Positions 53,501-64,000 of a DNA stretch of 64,000 nucleotides are shown here, in pieces; the first letter of the stretch is position 1; every line of letters begins with the position of its first letter. The notes beneath the pieces are model-generated. The model ran no database searches. It saw nothing but the letters and a program-made list of their open reading frames with translations, and had not been told where the DNA came from. Both the position numbers and the translations under genes were made by a program. Source of the DNA: Octopus vulgaris (Eukaryota); contig OX597814.1 in the NCBI GenBank assembly GCA_951406725.2, positions 174,468,001 to 174,532,000 on the forward strand, in the 5' to 3' direction.

Positions 53501-53764
53501 CTTTGCTAAGTACAAATCTGGACTTGATAGCTTCCCTTACACAACACGAGTCTGGTCAAAACTATTTCTGAATTGCAATATATTTGATCATATGACATAC
53601 GTTCAACTATTGAAAATTAGCCTAACTGATTCATTGGGAACTTAGCTTCATCAGTACACCATATATTGTCTAGCTGAGTGTACTTGTCCCATATATGCAT
53701 TAAATTCTGAGTAACTGAATGGCTCATCAACTAATTTTCAGTAAATCTAAACTATACTTTCTTT

Positions 53765-54739
53765 TCTTTTACTTGTTTCAGTCATTTGATTGCAGCCATG
53801 CTGGAGCACCACCTTTTAGTCAAGCAAATAGACCCCAGGGCTTATTCTTTGTAAGCCTAGTAGTACTTATTCTATCGGTCTCTTTTGCCGAACCACTAAG
53901 TTACGGGGATGTAAACACACCAGCATCGGTTGTCAAGCGATGTTGGAGGAACAAACACACACACACATACATATACATATATATGACGGGCTTCTTTCAG
54001 TTTCCATCTACCAAATCCACTCACATGGCTTTGTTGGCCCGTGGCTATAGTAGAAGACATATGCCCAAGGTGCCACGCAGTGGGACTGAACCCAGAACCA
54101 TGTGGTTGGTAAGCAAGCTACTTACCACACAGCCACTCCTGCGTCTACTTTTTTTTATTTGTAAACATATCTGTATGTGGAACAATAAGCATATTCACAC
54201 CCATGATATATCTGTAAAAATGTCACTTTGTTTCATTATACAGTTTAGTTCCCCAATTAGTCATTTCAACTATTGTACATACACTGTAAAACAATGAGAG
54301 AGATGACTGTGTGGGTGTAAGGTTAGTGGGTTGTCAGGATCAGAAAGACATTCTACAAATGCCTTCAATATTTAGTTCTGATCTTTTGCACTTGGAGTTT
54401 GATTATACCCTTCATTATATTTATAAAATAAGTATCAGTTAAAAACTCGAATGATTTAATTATCTATTCCCACTTTGCCAAATTTTGGCCCTGTTCCAAA
54501 GTAAGAAATTATATTTATTTTCTTTCACTTGTTTCAGACATTAGATTGCAGTCGTGCTGGGGCCCTGCCTTGAAGAACTTTTAGTCAAATGAATTGATCC
54601 CAGTACTTATTTTTTGTTAAACCTGGTACATTATTCTATTGGTCTCTTTTTGCTGAATCACTAAGTTATATGGATATAAACATACTAACATTGGTTATCT
54701 AGTGGTGGTAGGGGATAAACACACACACCCATGTGTGTG

Positions 54740-54783
<44 letters not shown>

Positions 54784-55346
54784 ACTCTTTTACTTGTTTC
54801 AGTCATTTGACTGCAGCCATACTGGGGCACCACCTTTAGTCGAGCAAATCGACCCCAGGACTTATTCTTTGTAAGCCTAGTACTTATTCTATCGGTCTCT
54901 TTTGCTGAACTGCTAATTTACGACCATGTAAACACACCAGCATCGGTTGTCAAGCGATGTTGGGGGGACAAACACACACACATATATATATATATATACA
55001 TATATACGACGGGCTTCTTTCAGTTTCCATCTACCAAATCCACTCACAAGGCTTTGGTCAGCCCGAGGCTATAGTAGAAGACACTTGCCCAAGGTGCCAT
55101 GCAGTGGGACTGAAACCAGAACCATGTGGTTGGTAAGCAAGCTACTTACCACACAGCCACTCCTGCACCTATATATACACACACACACACGGACTTCTTT
55201 CAATTTCTATCTCCCAAATCTACTCACAAGGCTTTAGTCAGCTTGAGACTATAGTAGCAGACACTTGCCCAAGGTGCCGCTCAGCGGGACATGAACCCTG
55301 GGACCATGTGATGGGGAGCGAGCTTCTTACCACACAGCCATGCCTA
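53765..55346 (-). mobile_element. Cluster of SINE B copies/fragments (53765-54145, 54520-54725, 54784-55170, 55190-55346)
   Basis: Homology. Confidence 0.85.
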
Positions 55347-55902
55347 TATAACACACACACACACACACATATATATATACATTCACACAAGAAGCCACAC
55401 TCATGCATGTTGTGTACATACACACACAGAGGGATACATTAGTAAACTTTTTTTTAATTTTGAAAGAACTATTATTTGAACCAATACATTTATTATGAAA
55501 ATGAATATTCAAGATTGTAAAGATTTTATTTGTATCTGCCTGCATATCTTCTTGTCATAATATCAAAAATAATTGATTTTTTGCTTTTGCAATCATCCTA
55601 CTCATCTTCATCTCTCTCACTCATGCACAAAAAAATAAAATGATCGGGAGGAAAAAAACTGTTTATGATTGGTATTAGCTTTTCATAAACAACTTGCTCT
55701 AAGGACAGAATAATTTAATTTTTGTTGAAAACAGGGTATACATTAGAATATTTCAGCATACAGCTATGCTTTAAACATAATTTTATCTATTCAACTTTTT
55801 ACAGAATTTTGTTGTTTTTTTTGTAACTTTTTTTAAGGAATTTAACCTGAAGATAGGAAGAAACATTTAAACGTCGGAAATGTTTAGATTTATGTTTTTT
55901 TG

Positions 55903-56215
55903 CCTCCCTCTCTCTCATGCCCTTTCTCCCTCCCTCCCTCTCTCTCGCGCCCTTTCTCCCTCCCTCCCTCTTTCTCACGCCCTTTCTCCCTCTCTTCCTC
56001 TTGCACCCTTTCTCCCTCCCTCCCTCTTTCTCGCGCCCTTTCTCCCTCCCTCCCTCTCTTCCTCTCACACCCTTTCTCCCTCTCTTCCTCTCGTGCCCTT
56101 TCTCCCTCTCTTCCTCTTGCGCCCTTTCTCCCTTTCTTCCTCTTTCTCTCCCTTTCATTCTCTCACGCTATCTCTCATTCTCTCGCGCTCTCTCTCTCTT
56201 TCTCTCATGCTCTCT
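55903..56215. repeat. Pyrimidine-rich minisatellite (~26-30-bp unit CCCTTTCTCCCTCCCTCCCTCTCTCTCGCG)
   Basis: Direct observation. Confidence 0.9.
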
Positions 56216-56265
56216 ATATATAACCTATCCCAGCATGGAAAAACAGACATTAAATGACGATGATG

Positions 56266-56307
<42 letters not shown>

Positions 56308-56867
56308 CTCACACACATGCACACAAAGCATATATATATATATATATTAATATATGCAACCCTGTATATACAGAATAGTGCCTGTCCATTGTGTGCGTGT
56401 GTAAAGTAAAATAACAAAGACAGACAGCTTCTTACATCATCATGTAATGTCCATCTTCCATGCATGCATGCATGGATAGCATGGTTCACAGGAGCTGGCC
56501 AGGCAGAAAAACTACCTTATGCTACTGTGTCTGTTTAGGCAGGGTTTTCATGGCTGGATGCACTTGCTAACACCAAGCATTAGCCCATCATTGGAAATGA
56601 AAGGAGTAAAGAAACATGAGTCTATACTGATCTAGCCATGTTGAGTGTTGTGTTGGGCAATGATCCAGTAGTATTGGTTTAAGTGGTGGTGGCAGCCATG
56701 GCCACTACAATGGTTGCTACTGCAGTGTTGTAGCAACAGCCAAAATGGTGCTAGTAGTGGTTATAGAAATCATAGTGGGGCTGAAAGGACTTTGACAAAC
56801 ATAACTGATTGATTGATTAACCAAATGATCAATCAAACAATTGATTAGTTAATTGATTAAATATTTA

Positions 56868-57092
56868 ACCTATTTCTTTACTACCCACAAGGGACTACAC
56901 ACAGAGGGGACAAACAAGGACAGACAAAGGGAATAAGTCGATTATATCGACCCCAGTGCATAATTGGTACTTAATTTATCGACCCTGAAAGGATGAAAGG
57001 CAAAGTCGACCTCTGCGGAATTTGAACTCAGAACGTAACGGCAGACGAAATATGGCTACGCATTTCGCCCGGTGTGCTAACATTTCTGCCAA
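56868..57092 (-). mobile_element. SINE family A
   Basis: Reverse copy. Confidence 0.88.
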
Positions 57093-58086
57093 CAACCGAT
57101 TGATGAATAATAAAGAATATGAAATAGAACCAATACATATGTTTATTGGCTTAATGGCCTTCCTGAGATACAACAAAATAGTTATCGTTTTCTAGAGAAT
57201 AATCTAGGTTTTTTAACCTTGCTCTTTTCATTGCAAGAGTTCTAGCTCTTGGTTTGATAAACTGTTTGTAAATGATATTTCTTTTGTAGAATCTGGTATT
57301 TGTAGAAAATGGTATTTCTTTTGTAGAATGGCGGTGCCCCAGCATGGCCACAGCTCGTGAGCTGAAACTAGATAAAATGAAAATCTAACGATGTTGTTAT
57401 TCCTTCACATTGCATCAAATGACTTTTATATTTTACTTGTTTCAGTCATTAGACTCTAGCCATGCTGGGATAGCCCCTCCCCACCTTCCCATACAGAGTT
57501 TAGTCAAATGAATCAACCCCAGTGATTATTTTTAAGTCTGGTACTTACTCTATCAAACCCTTTTTTGCTAAACTGCAAAGTTACAGGAACTTAAACAAAT
57601 AATGCAGTGGGAAAGGAGACAAGCACAAACACACATAATAGCTCTCCACACAGTTTCTGTCTACCAGATTCACTTACAAGGCACTGGTTGACCTGAAGCA
57701 ATAGATCAATTGATGACACTTGCCCAAGATGATGTGCAGTGGAACTGAATCTGAAACCACATGGTTGCAAAGCAAACTTCTTCACCATACAGTTATACTG
57801 ATGTTTATAGTAAAACAAAATCATGACGTAATCTGAAGTTCATATTTGTGCTATTTTGAAAGGTCCAAGTAGCCGCATGCTTTACTCCCATTGTCTTGAG
57901 GGTGACCCATCTGTATAACTGACTTGGTTTTTAAAACAACTGATTCTTTAATGTTGGCATGGTACTCTTTTGCCTCTTCATTATTGGATGATAGTAAATA
58001 AATTAGAAAATTAATGTAATTTTTAAGATTCCTTTCATTAATATTTATCATTCTCATGAATAGATAAATGATTGTCATTTCATATA

Positions 58087-58843
58087 TCATAAATCCTCAA
58101 GTATAGTCCGCCTTTGAGTATAATACGCAGGGGATTTTTAGGGGGTTGTACCTCTGAAAAACCTAAACCTTTTGTATAATACGCACCCCTTCTCTAACTT
58201 GAGACTTGCGTAATTAAGCCAGCAGCACCTAGTGGAACAAACACTTCCACTCATGCGTAATACAATAATGATATTCTTAATTGTTATATGGGAATGTAAA
58301 TATGTTTGCAAATTGTTTTTGTCACATGTTATTCTGTGTTCTGAATATTTTAATTTTAATAAATGTTGCTTATTGCAAGTTATGGATGATTCTTTTATGA
58401 CTTCATTGCTTTCAGGCTTAGCTTAAGGTATTTTCGCGCCCGAGCTGGCAGAAATGTTAGCACGCCGAGCAAAATGCTTAGCGGTATTTCGTCTGCCGCT
58501 ACGTTCTGAGTTCAAATTCCGCCGAGGTCGACTTTGCCTTTCATCCTTTCGGGGTCGATTAAATAAGTACCAGTTACGCACTGGGGTCGATGTAATCGAC
58601 TTAATCCGTTTGTCTGTCCTTGTTTGTCCCTTCTGTATTTAGCCCCTTGTGGGTAGTAAAGAAATAGGTATTTTCGCGCCCGACAACACAAAATGTGTCT
58701 GAATAAACATTGCCGGACAGCAAATAGACTCGAACATTGCTTAGAAAATATTTTTCATTTTTAACCTCGTATATAGTATGCACTAGGGATTTTGACCTTT
58801 AAATTTTGGGGAAAAAGTGTGGATTATACTTGAAGATTTACGG
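58087..58843. mobile_element. Tc1/pogo-type MITE copy 2 with nested SINE A (58444-58665)
   Basis: TA flanks; SINE TSD AGGTATTTTCGCGCCCGA at 58426 and 58666; empty site seen in copy 1 at ~47035. Confidence 0.9.
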
Positions 58844-60255
58844 TAGCTCTTTCCTGAGGCTGCTGCTGTTTAACCTCAACTTGGCCCTAATCAAGCAGAC
58901 TAAGTCATCAAGGATATTCTAGGCATCTTATTCGTTTTAATACCAGTCTCTTTCTTATCTAATACGTCTTTCCAGTTTTGAAGATTTTATGGTGTGATTA
59001 GAAGGGAGAACTTGGCTGCTATTTATAGCAAGGCGAGCAACTCTGTAGAGGCTTCTTTGTTGGCGTATTTCAGTGTAGTCAAGTACAGATATTTTTTTCT
59101 ATCCTTCAAGCTGAAACTGTGTCAACAAACAAATAAGTAAATAAAACAAAAGCATGTTCAAACAAATCAAGCTATAAAAATCATTACATTAATGATTTTT
59201 GCATTAATGTATTTTGTCAGTTCAATTCTAAACTTTATATTTATGTATCTTTACAGGACACCGACAACAGAAATCATTTGACATGATATGTTGCTATAGA
59301 TAAATGTACTTGATAATATATCATCTGAGAAAAGGAAATAAATTTGTATCATCATCATCATTTAATGTCTGTCTTCCATGCTAGCACGGGTGGGACAGTA
59401 CAAGAGCTGGCCAAGCCAAAGCCTGCCCCAGGCTTCTGTGACTGTTTTGGCAGGACTTTTACAGATGGATGCCCTTCCTAACACCAACCACTCAGCCAAT
59501 TGAACTTAGTGCTTTTTACATGGCACAGGCGAGGGGAGTAGTGCTTTTTACATGAAACAAGCACAGGCAAGGTCGGTTTTGGCTGGATGTCCTTCCAGAC
59601 ACCAACCACTTTACAATGTGGACTGGGTGCTTTTAAGTGGCACCTGCACTGACAGGTCACCAAGTACTTGCAAGACATTAAAAAAACAACTTTTAAGAGG
59701 AGAGGAGGCATTAAAAGAGGTGATAATGAAAAAGTTATAGTGAGACAGATATAGGTGTCTTGCTGTAGAGAAAGTACAGAGTTACCTGGCTGGGGAGAGA
59801 AAGATCAGAAATGAAGACAGAAACAGGTATGCTACCACAAAGAAAATACACAGTTGCCCAACCTGAGGGAAGTGCAGGAGGAGAGAGATTGGAAGACAGC
59901 AGGATAGAGATAGTGGCAAAATGCCAGACATACTCACAAGGAACAGGGATCAGAATATGAGAATGGTTAAGTAACGGAAAAGAGATATAGATGGTGGCAA
60001 GTGCCAGGGCATACCCTTGAGGTTCAAATGCCATAATATAAGTGGCAGGATATTGCGAAGGGAGTGTGATTAAAGTGTGCGAGTAGGTGGTGAAAGACCT
60101 GGGTATATATAGAGTTGGAGGGGCTAGTGGATAGCAATGATACAGAGGACAGGATTGGGGTGTGAGAGCTAGGCATAGTGTATGGAGGAGGAAATATGAG
60201 AGAGAGATGTATAAATATATATAATATATAGATGTACATATATAAATTTGTATAT

Positions 60256-60459
60256 GTGACCTCGTGAGCACCGCCAGCAATTTTTTTTCCTCTGTCTTCC
60301 CTTCTCGGGATCTTTCCTTCTCCTTTGTTTCCGACGAAGAGCTCCACTCGAAACATTAAACCCTCCTTCTTCCCTTCTTTCCTGAGCGTCCAATAATACT
60401 ATATTTGTTCCACGTCCTCGCGTTGCTGTGTTTTTTTTGTTTTCTTGTTTAGATTAACT
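60256..60459 (+). mobile_element. Minimal-hammerhead element, copy 3
   Basis: GTTT-CCGACGA-A-GAGCTCCACTC-GAAACATT-AAAC at 60327-60361. Confidence 0.65.
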
Positions 60460-60671
60460 ATATATATATATATATATCATCATCATCATCGTTTAACGTC
60501 CGCTTTCCATGCTAGCATGGGTTGGACGGTTCAACTGGGGTCTGGCAAGCCCGAAGGCTGCATCAGGCCAGTCAGATCTGGCAGTGTTTCTACAGCTGGA
60601 TGCCCTTCCTAACGCCGTACACATATAAATTTGTATATATATATATTTACATAAATATATATATATATATT

Positions 60672-61661
60672 TATAGGAAAATGTGTTGTTGAAAATGCTC
60701 TTAAATTTCAAAAAACTCGTAAATATTTAAAATACATTTATTTACATATATACCAAACTAGTTTCAACAATATTTTTATTTATCAATGGTAAAATTGTAA
60801 AATTAGAAGAACATCATTATAAGTTTCAATGTTGACAAATCAAAATGTTTCAATGTTGATAATTTATCATGCTCAAAACAGAAGGTGTAAGTTTGAAATT
60901 AAAACTGTATATTAATTTGTTATAATGTACAAGGTTCATTAATTTCAGTGGTGGTTGACAAGTCATACTGAAAAAAAAATGTGTGAGAATTGAAATAGTT
61001 AAAAAAGTCGGGGAAATTACGGTTTCTCAGATCTTCAAACAGTCGTTTCTGCTTGCAATGGTATGTTTTAGGGAAAGATGTATTTATAATTTTTTTTTCT
61101 GAGGTTTCATTATATTTTTTCAGAGCGGATCTGATTTTGATTTGTTAAAAAAAAAATTGTCGACTTCTTTCTTCCATGCTCAAGCTTGTCGTTCTGCTTG
61201 GTTGGTTTCCTTACAGGATATGGTTATAGGTCGTTCCTGTTGGTTGGTTTTTCTTAAAGGATCTTTTCATTGTATTCCTTGAAGTTTCGTTTTGATTGGT
61301 TTGGAATTATGCAACGTCAGCAACTGGTATTTGTGTGGTGATTTGAGCTGCTATTTTGAAACCCTGGTGGAAGATTGTGACTAAAATTTTATTGCTTTTT
61401 GGGTTGAAATTGGGTTATTTTTCTTTCTAAAGGATATTTAGCTGTGGTTTATATTTTTTAATCAGTATGTTTTCCTTAATTAAACATTTTGATTTGTTAA
61501 CATTGAAACTTATAACGATGTTTTTCTATTTTTACACTTTTACCATTGATAAACAAAAAAATATTCTTGAAACTAGTTTGGTATAAATGTAAATAAATGT
61601 ATTTTAAACATTTACGAGCTTTTGAAATTTAAGTGTATTTTTAACAACACATTTTCCTATA
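60672..61661. mobile_element. Foldback element, ~180-bp inverted arms around ~630-bp spacer
   Basis: 60672-60850 matches the reverse complement of 61482-61661. Confidence 0.8.
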
Positions 61662-61699
61662 TATTTTTTCCTGCGTGGAAACACCACTCCCTCTTTTAC

Positions 61700-62010
61700 T
61701 ATATATATATATATAGATAGATATGTATGTATATATATAGATAGATATGTATGTATATAGATAGATATGTATGTATATAGATAGATATGTATGTATATAG
61801 ATAGATATGTATGTATATAGATAGATAGATATGTATGTATATAGATAGATAGATATGTATGTATATAGATAGATAGATATGTATGTATATAGATAGATAG
61901 ATATGTATGTATATAGATAGATAGATATGTATGTATATAGATAGATAGATATGTATGTATATAGATAGATAGATATGTATGTATATATATAGATAGATAT
62001 GTATGTATAC
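61700..62010. repeat. 20-24-bp unit repeat (ATAG)n-ATATGTATGTAT
   Basis: Direct observation. Confidence 0.95.
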
Positions 62011-62011
62011 A

Positions 62012-62960
62012 TCTTAATAATACTAAAACTTTAGATGTTTGTTTGTTCCCAAAATATCTCAGAAATAGTATATTTTATCTTCATTCTTTTTACATATATA
62101 TTTTCATACTTACTTTATGCAGTGCAGTTTGAGGTTTTATTATATTTAGACCTCTATTTATTAATTAAAATGATTGGACACAGTTTTTGTTTATTTCTTT
62201 CTTGACGAAAAACAAACATGGCTTCTGTGACGTCAACACATGTACACACATACAGAATAAACATGCATATAATGAATGTCATGGCATGTGAATCAGCACA
62301 AACTCACGTATGCTATCTGTGACATATACACACACATAGTCCTTGCGCTCTCTCTCTCTCTATCACTCTCGAAGAATAAAAGAAGTCGACTTTTTGACGT
62401 ACATACACACACTGACATAGAGAAACATCTTTTTTTGCAGATATTACCTATTGTTTCATAATATCAGATTTTATTCTATTTCATTCATTTGACATTTGTA
62501 ATCTCTGTTATTTTGATTTAATTTTCTTAATAGAACATTACATACAAAAATGAATTCCTTCAAATTTATTTCATGGACCCTCAAGACAGCATTGAGTTGA
62601 GAATGGGGATACTCAGGCATCATGGAATTCAATGTGAGATTGTTGAATTATTGGAGACTATATTAAGACAAAGAAACCCATATGTTGCATTATTTTGATT
62701 AGCTAAAGAATTGCTTAAAGACATGCCAGAGGCTTCCATTGTTATTGATCCTGATAAGTAGAGTGTATACTGTTTCATCTCGAAGTGGTGACCTCTACTA
62801 TTTGAGGATGCTTCTTCATTACATAAAGGGGCTAGTATCCTTTGATTCATTGAAGACTCATGAAGGAGATATGCTTCTGTAATTCAAAGATGCTTGCAGG
62901 GGGGATTACTGCAAGATGACAATCATTGGAAGAAAACTATGGAAGATGCTGAGAGAACAG
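62012..62960 (+). mobile_element. Helitron 5' end with RepHel fragments, internally deleted
   Basis: A|TCTTAATAATA start; FLQIYFMD..NPYVALF*LAKE..IVIDPDK (62555-62759); ISRVYTV..GDLYYLRMLLHYIKGLVSFDSLKT..FKDAC..GLLQDDNHW (62754-62950). Confidence 0.85.
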
Positions 62961-63545
62961 GGTGTGAGGAATACATAGCTTTAAGGAGGGAGGGTGATTG
63001 TGAAGTTGGCAGTTGTTCATGCAGCATTTCTGCTGTCCATCACACACACACACACGCATTCATATGTAAAGCTGATAAAACACCGAATGGAAGCAAGGAA
63101 AGTAGAGGGTTTAATAAATTAATATGCAGTGGTAGGGGGGGGGGGTAAGTTTATATAAGCTGTCATTCAGATCATCAACCCACCACCACCCTCTCTGTTC
63201 TTTCTCTCACTCTCTCCTTCTCTACGATTTGCTGGAAATAACAGCCAAATCTTTCTCAATGTCACATGCTAACATTATAGAAATGAGGACACATTGGATA
63301 AGATGGAAAAGAATACATATGCACACACGTGTACATATTCCCTATAAAAGAACTTTGTTTTTCTCCCTCACCTTTCTTATCTTTTATACTTTTCTCCCAC
63401 CTCTCTCTCTCTTTCATGACCCAATGACCCGGAAGTTGTTGCTCTTCCATTACTTTCACAAATAGCAGTAACTTTCTTTAGCTGAGTACACACCATTGAT
63501 TGGTTAAAATTAACCTAAATACGACAACTTTAACATGAAATAACT

Positions 63546-63772
63546 TCATCATCATCATTTAACGTCCGCTTTCCATGCTAGCATGGGTTGGACGGTTCAA
63601 CTGGGGTCTGGGGAGCCCGAAGGCTGCACCAGGCCAGTCAGATCTGGCAGTGTTTCTACAGCTGGATGCCCTTCCTAACGCCAACCACTCCGAGAGTGTA
63701 GTGGGTGATTTTTATGTGCCACCGACACAGGTGCCAGACGAGGCTGGCGAACGGCCACGCTCGGATGGTGTT
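63546..63772 (-). mobile_element. Family C retroelement
   Basis: Homology. Confidence 0.85.
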
Positions 63773-63905
63773 TTTTTAAAATATAAAATTTTGTCAAAAA
63801 CGTTAAGAGTAAACCATGCTCCATGTAACACATTCAACCAGTATCCGAAGTCTCAAACTGTTTGGTTAAAAAAAAAAAAATTAAGAAATCTGTGATTGAG
63901 ATTGA

Positions 63906-63925
63906 GGATCTTTTTGAAAAGATCC
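63906..63925. mobile_element. 20-bp TIR-only relic of the GGATCTTTT MITE family
   Basis: GAGATTGA|GGATCTTTTTGAAAAGATCC|GAGATTGA. Confidence 0.8.
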
Positions 63926-63961
63926 GAGATTGAAAAGGTCCGAAGCTGGTTATATACTTAC

Positions 63962-64000
63962 CTTTTGTACTTTTTCTATAACATCTTTTGTAGAAAACAC
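63962..64000 (-). CDS. 3' part of a probable internal exon (..VFSTKDVIEKVQK, phase 0) of a gene entering from the right
   Basis: Open frame ending at consensus donor AAG|GTAAGT; truncated by window edge. Confidence 0.5.

Noticed and set aside
53719-54297. 192-aa ORF and similar recurring ORFs (..RRHLPKVPRSGTEP..)
   Set aside because: Antisense translation of SINE B.
55799-56378. Arg/Glu/Gly- or Pro/Ser/Leu-rich ORFs
   Set aside because: Minisatellite translation.
57851-58090. 79-aa minus ORF
   Set aside because: No convincing splice sites or motifs.
1-64000. CRISPR array, rRNA, operons
   Set aside because: No repeat-spacer array or rRNA similarity; sequence is eukaryotic.

Overview
Eukaryotic, AT-rich, repeat-saturated DNA. 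The SINE families and dense (TA)/(CA)/(TACA) microsatellites look like an octopus (coleoid cephalopod) genome; this is recognition from memory, not a database result. Almost all ORFs in the supplied track are artefacts of microsatellites or SINEs. Real host coding signal is limited to a probable first exon (MAKKDKTGKTKK, 8630-8666, +) behind an RFX X-box, a possible alternative first exon between two more X-boxes (~17.9-18.1 kb) and a minus-strand exon cut by the right edge (63962-64000). The rest is dead or non-autonomous mobile DNA: an R4/Dong-type RLE LINE plus related 3' ends stacked in one (TACA)n tract, fragments of Chapaev3, mariner, maT, Tigger, Helitron, CR1 and RTE, several MITEs, four SINE-like families and long foldbacks. 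Most notable: an apparently (TACA)n-targeted LINE lineage, hammerhead-ribozyme folds in two non-autonomous element families, a 20-bp transposon relic with an 8-bp TSD, and an RGTA insertion preference of one SINE.
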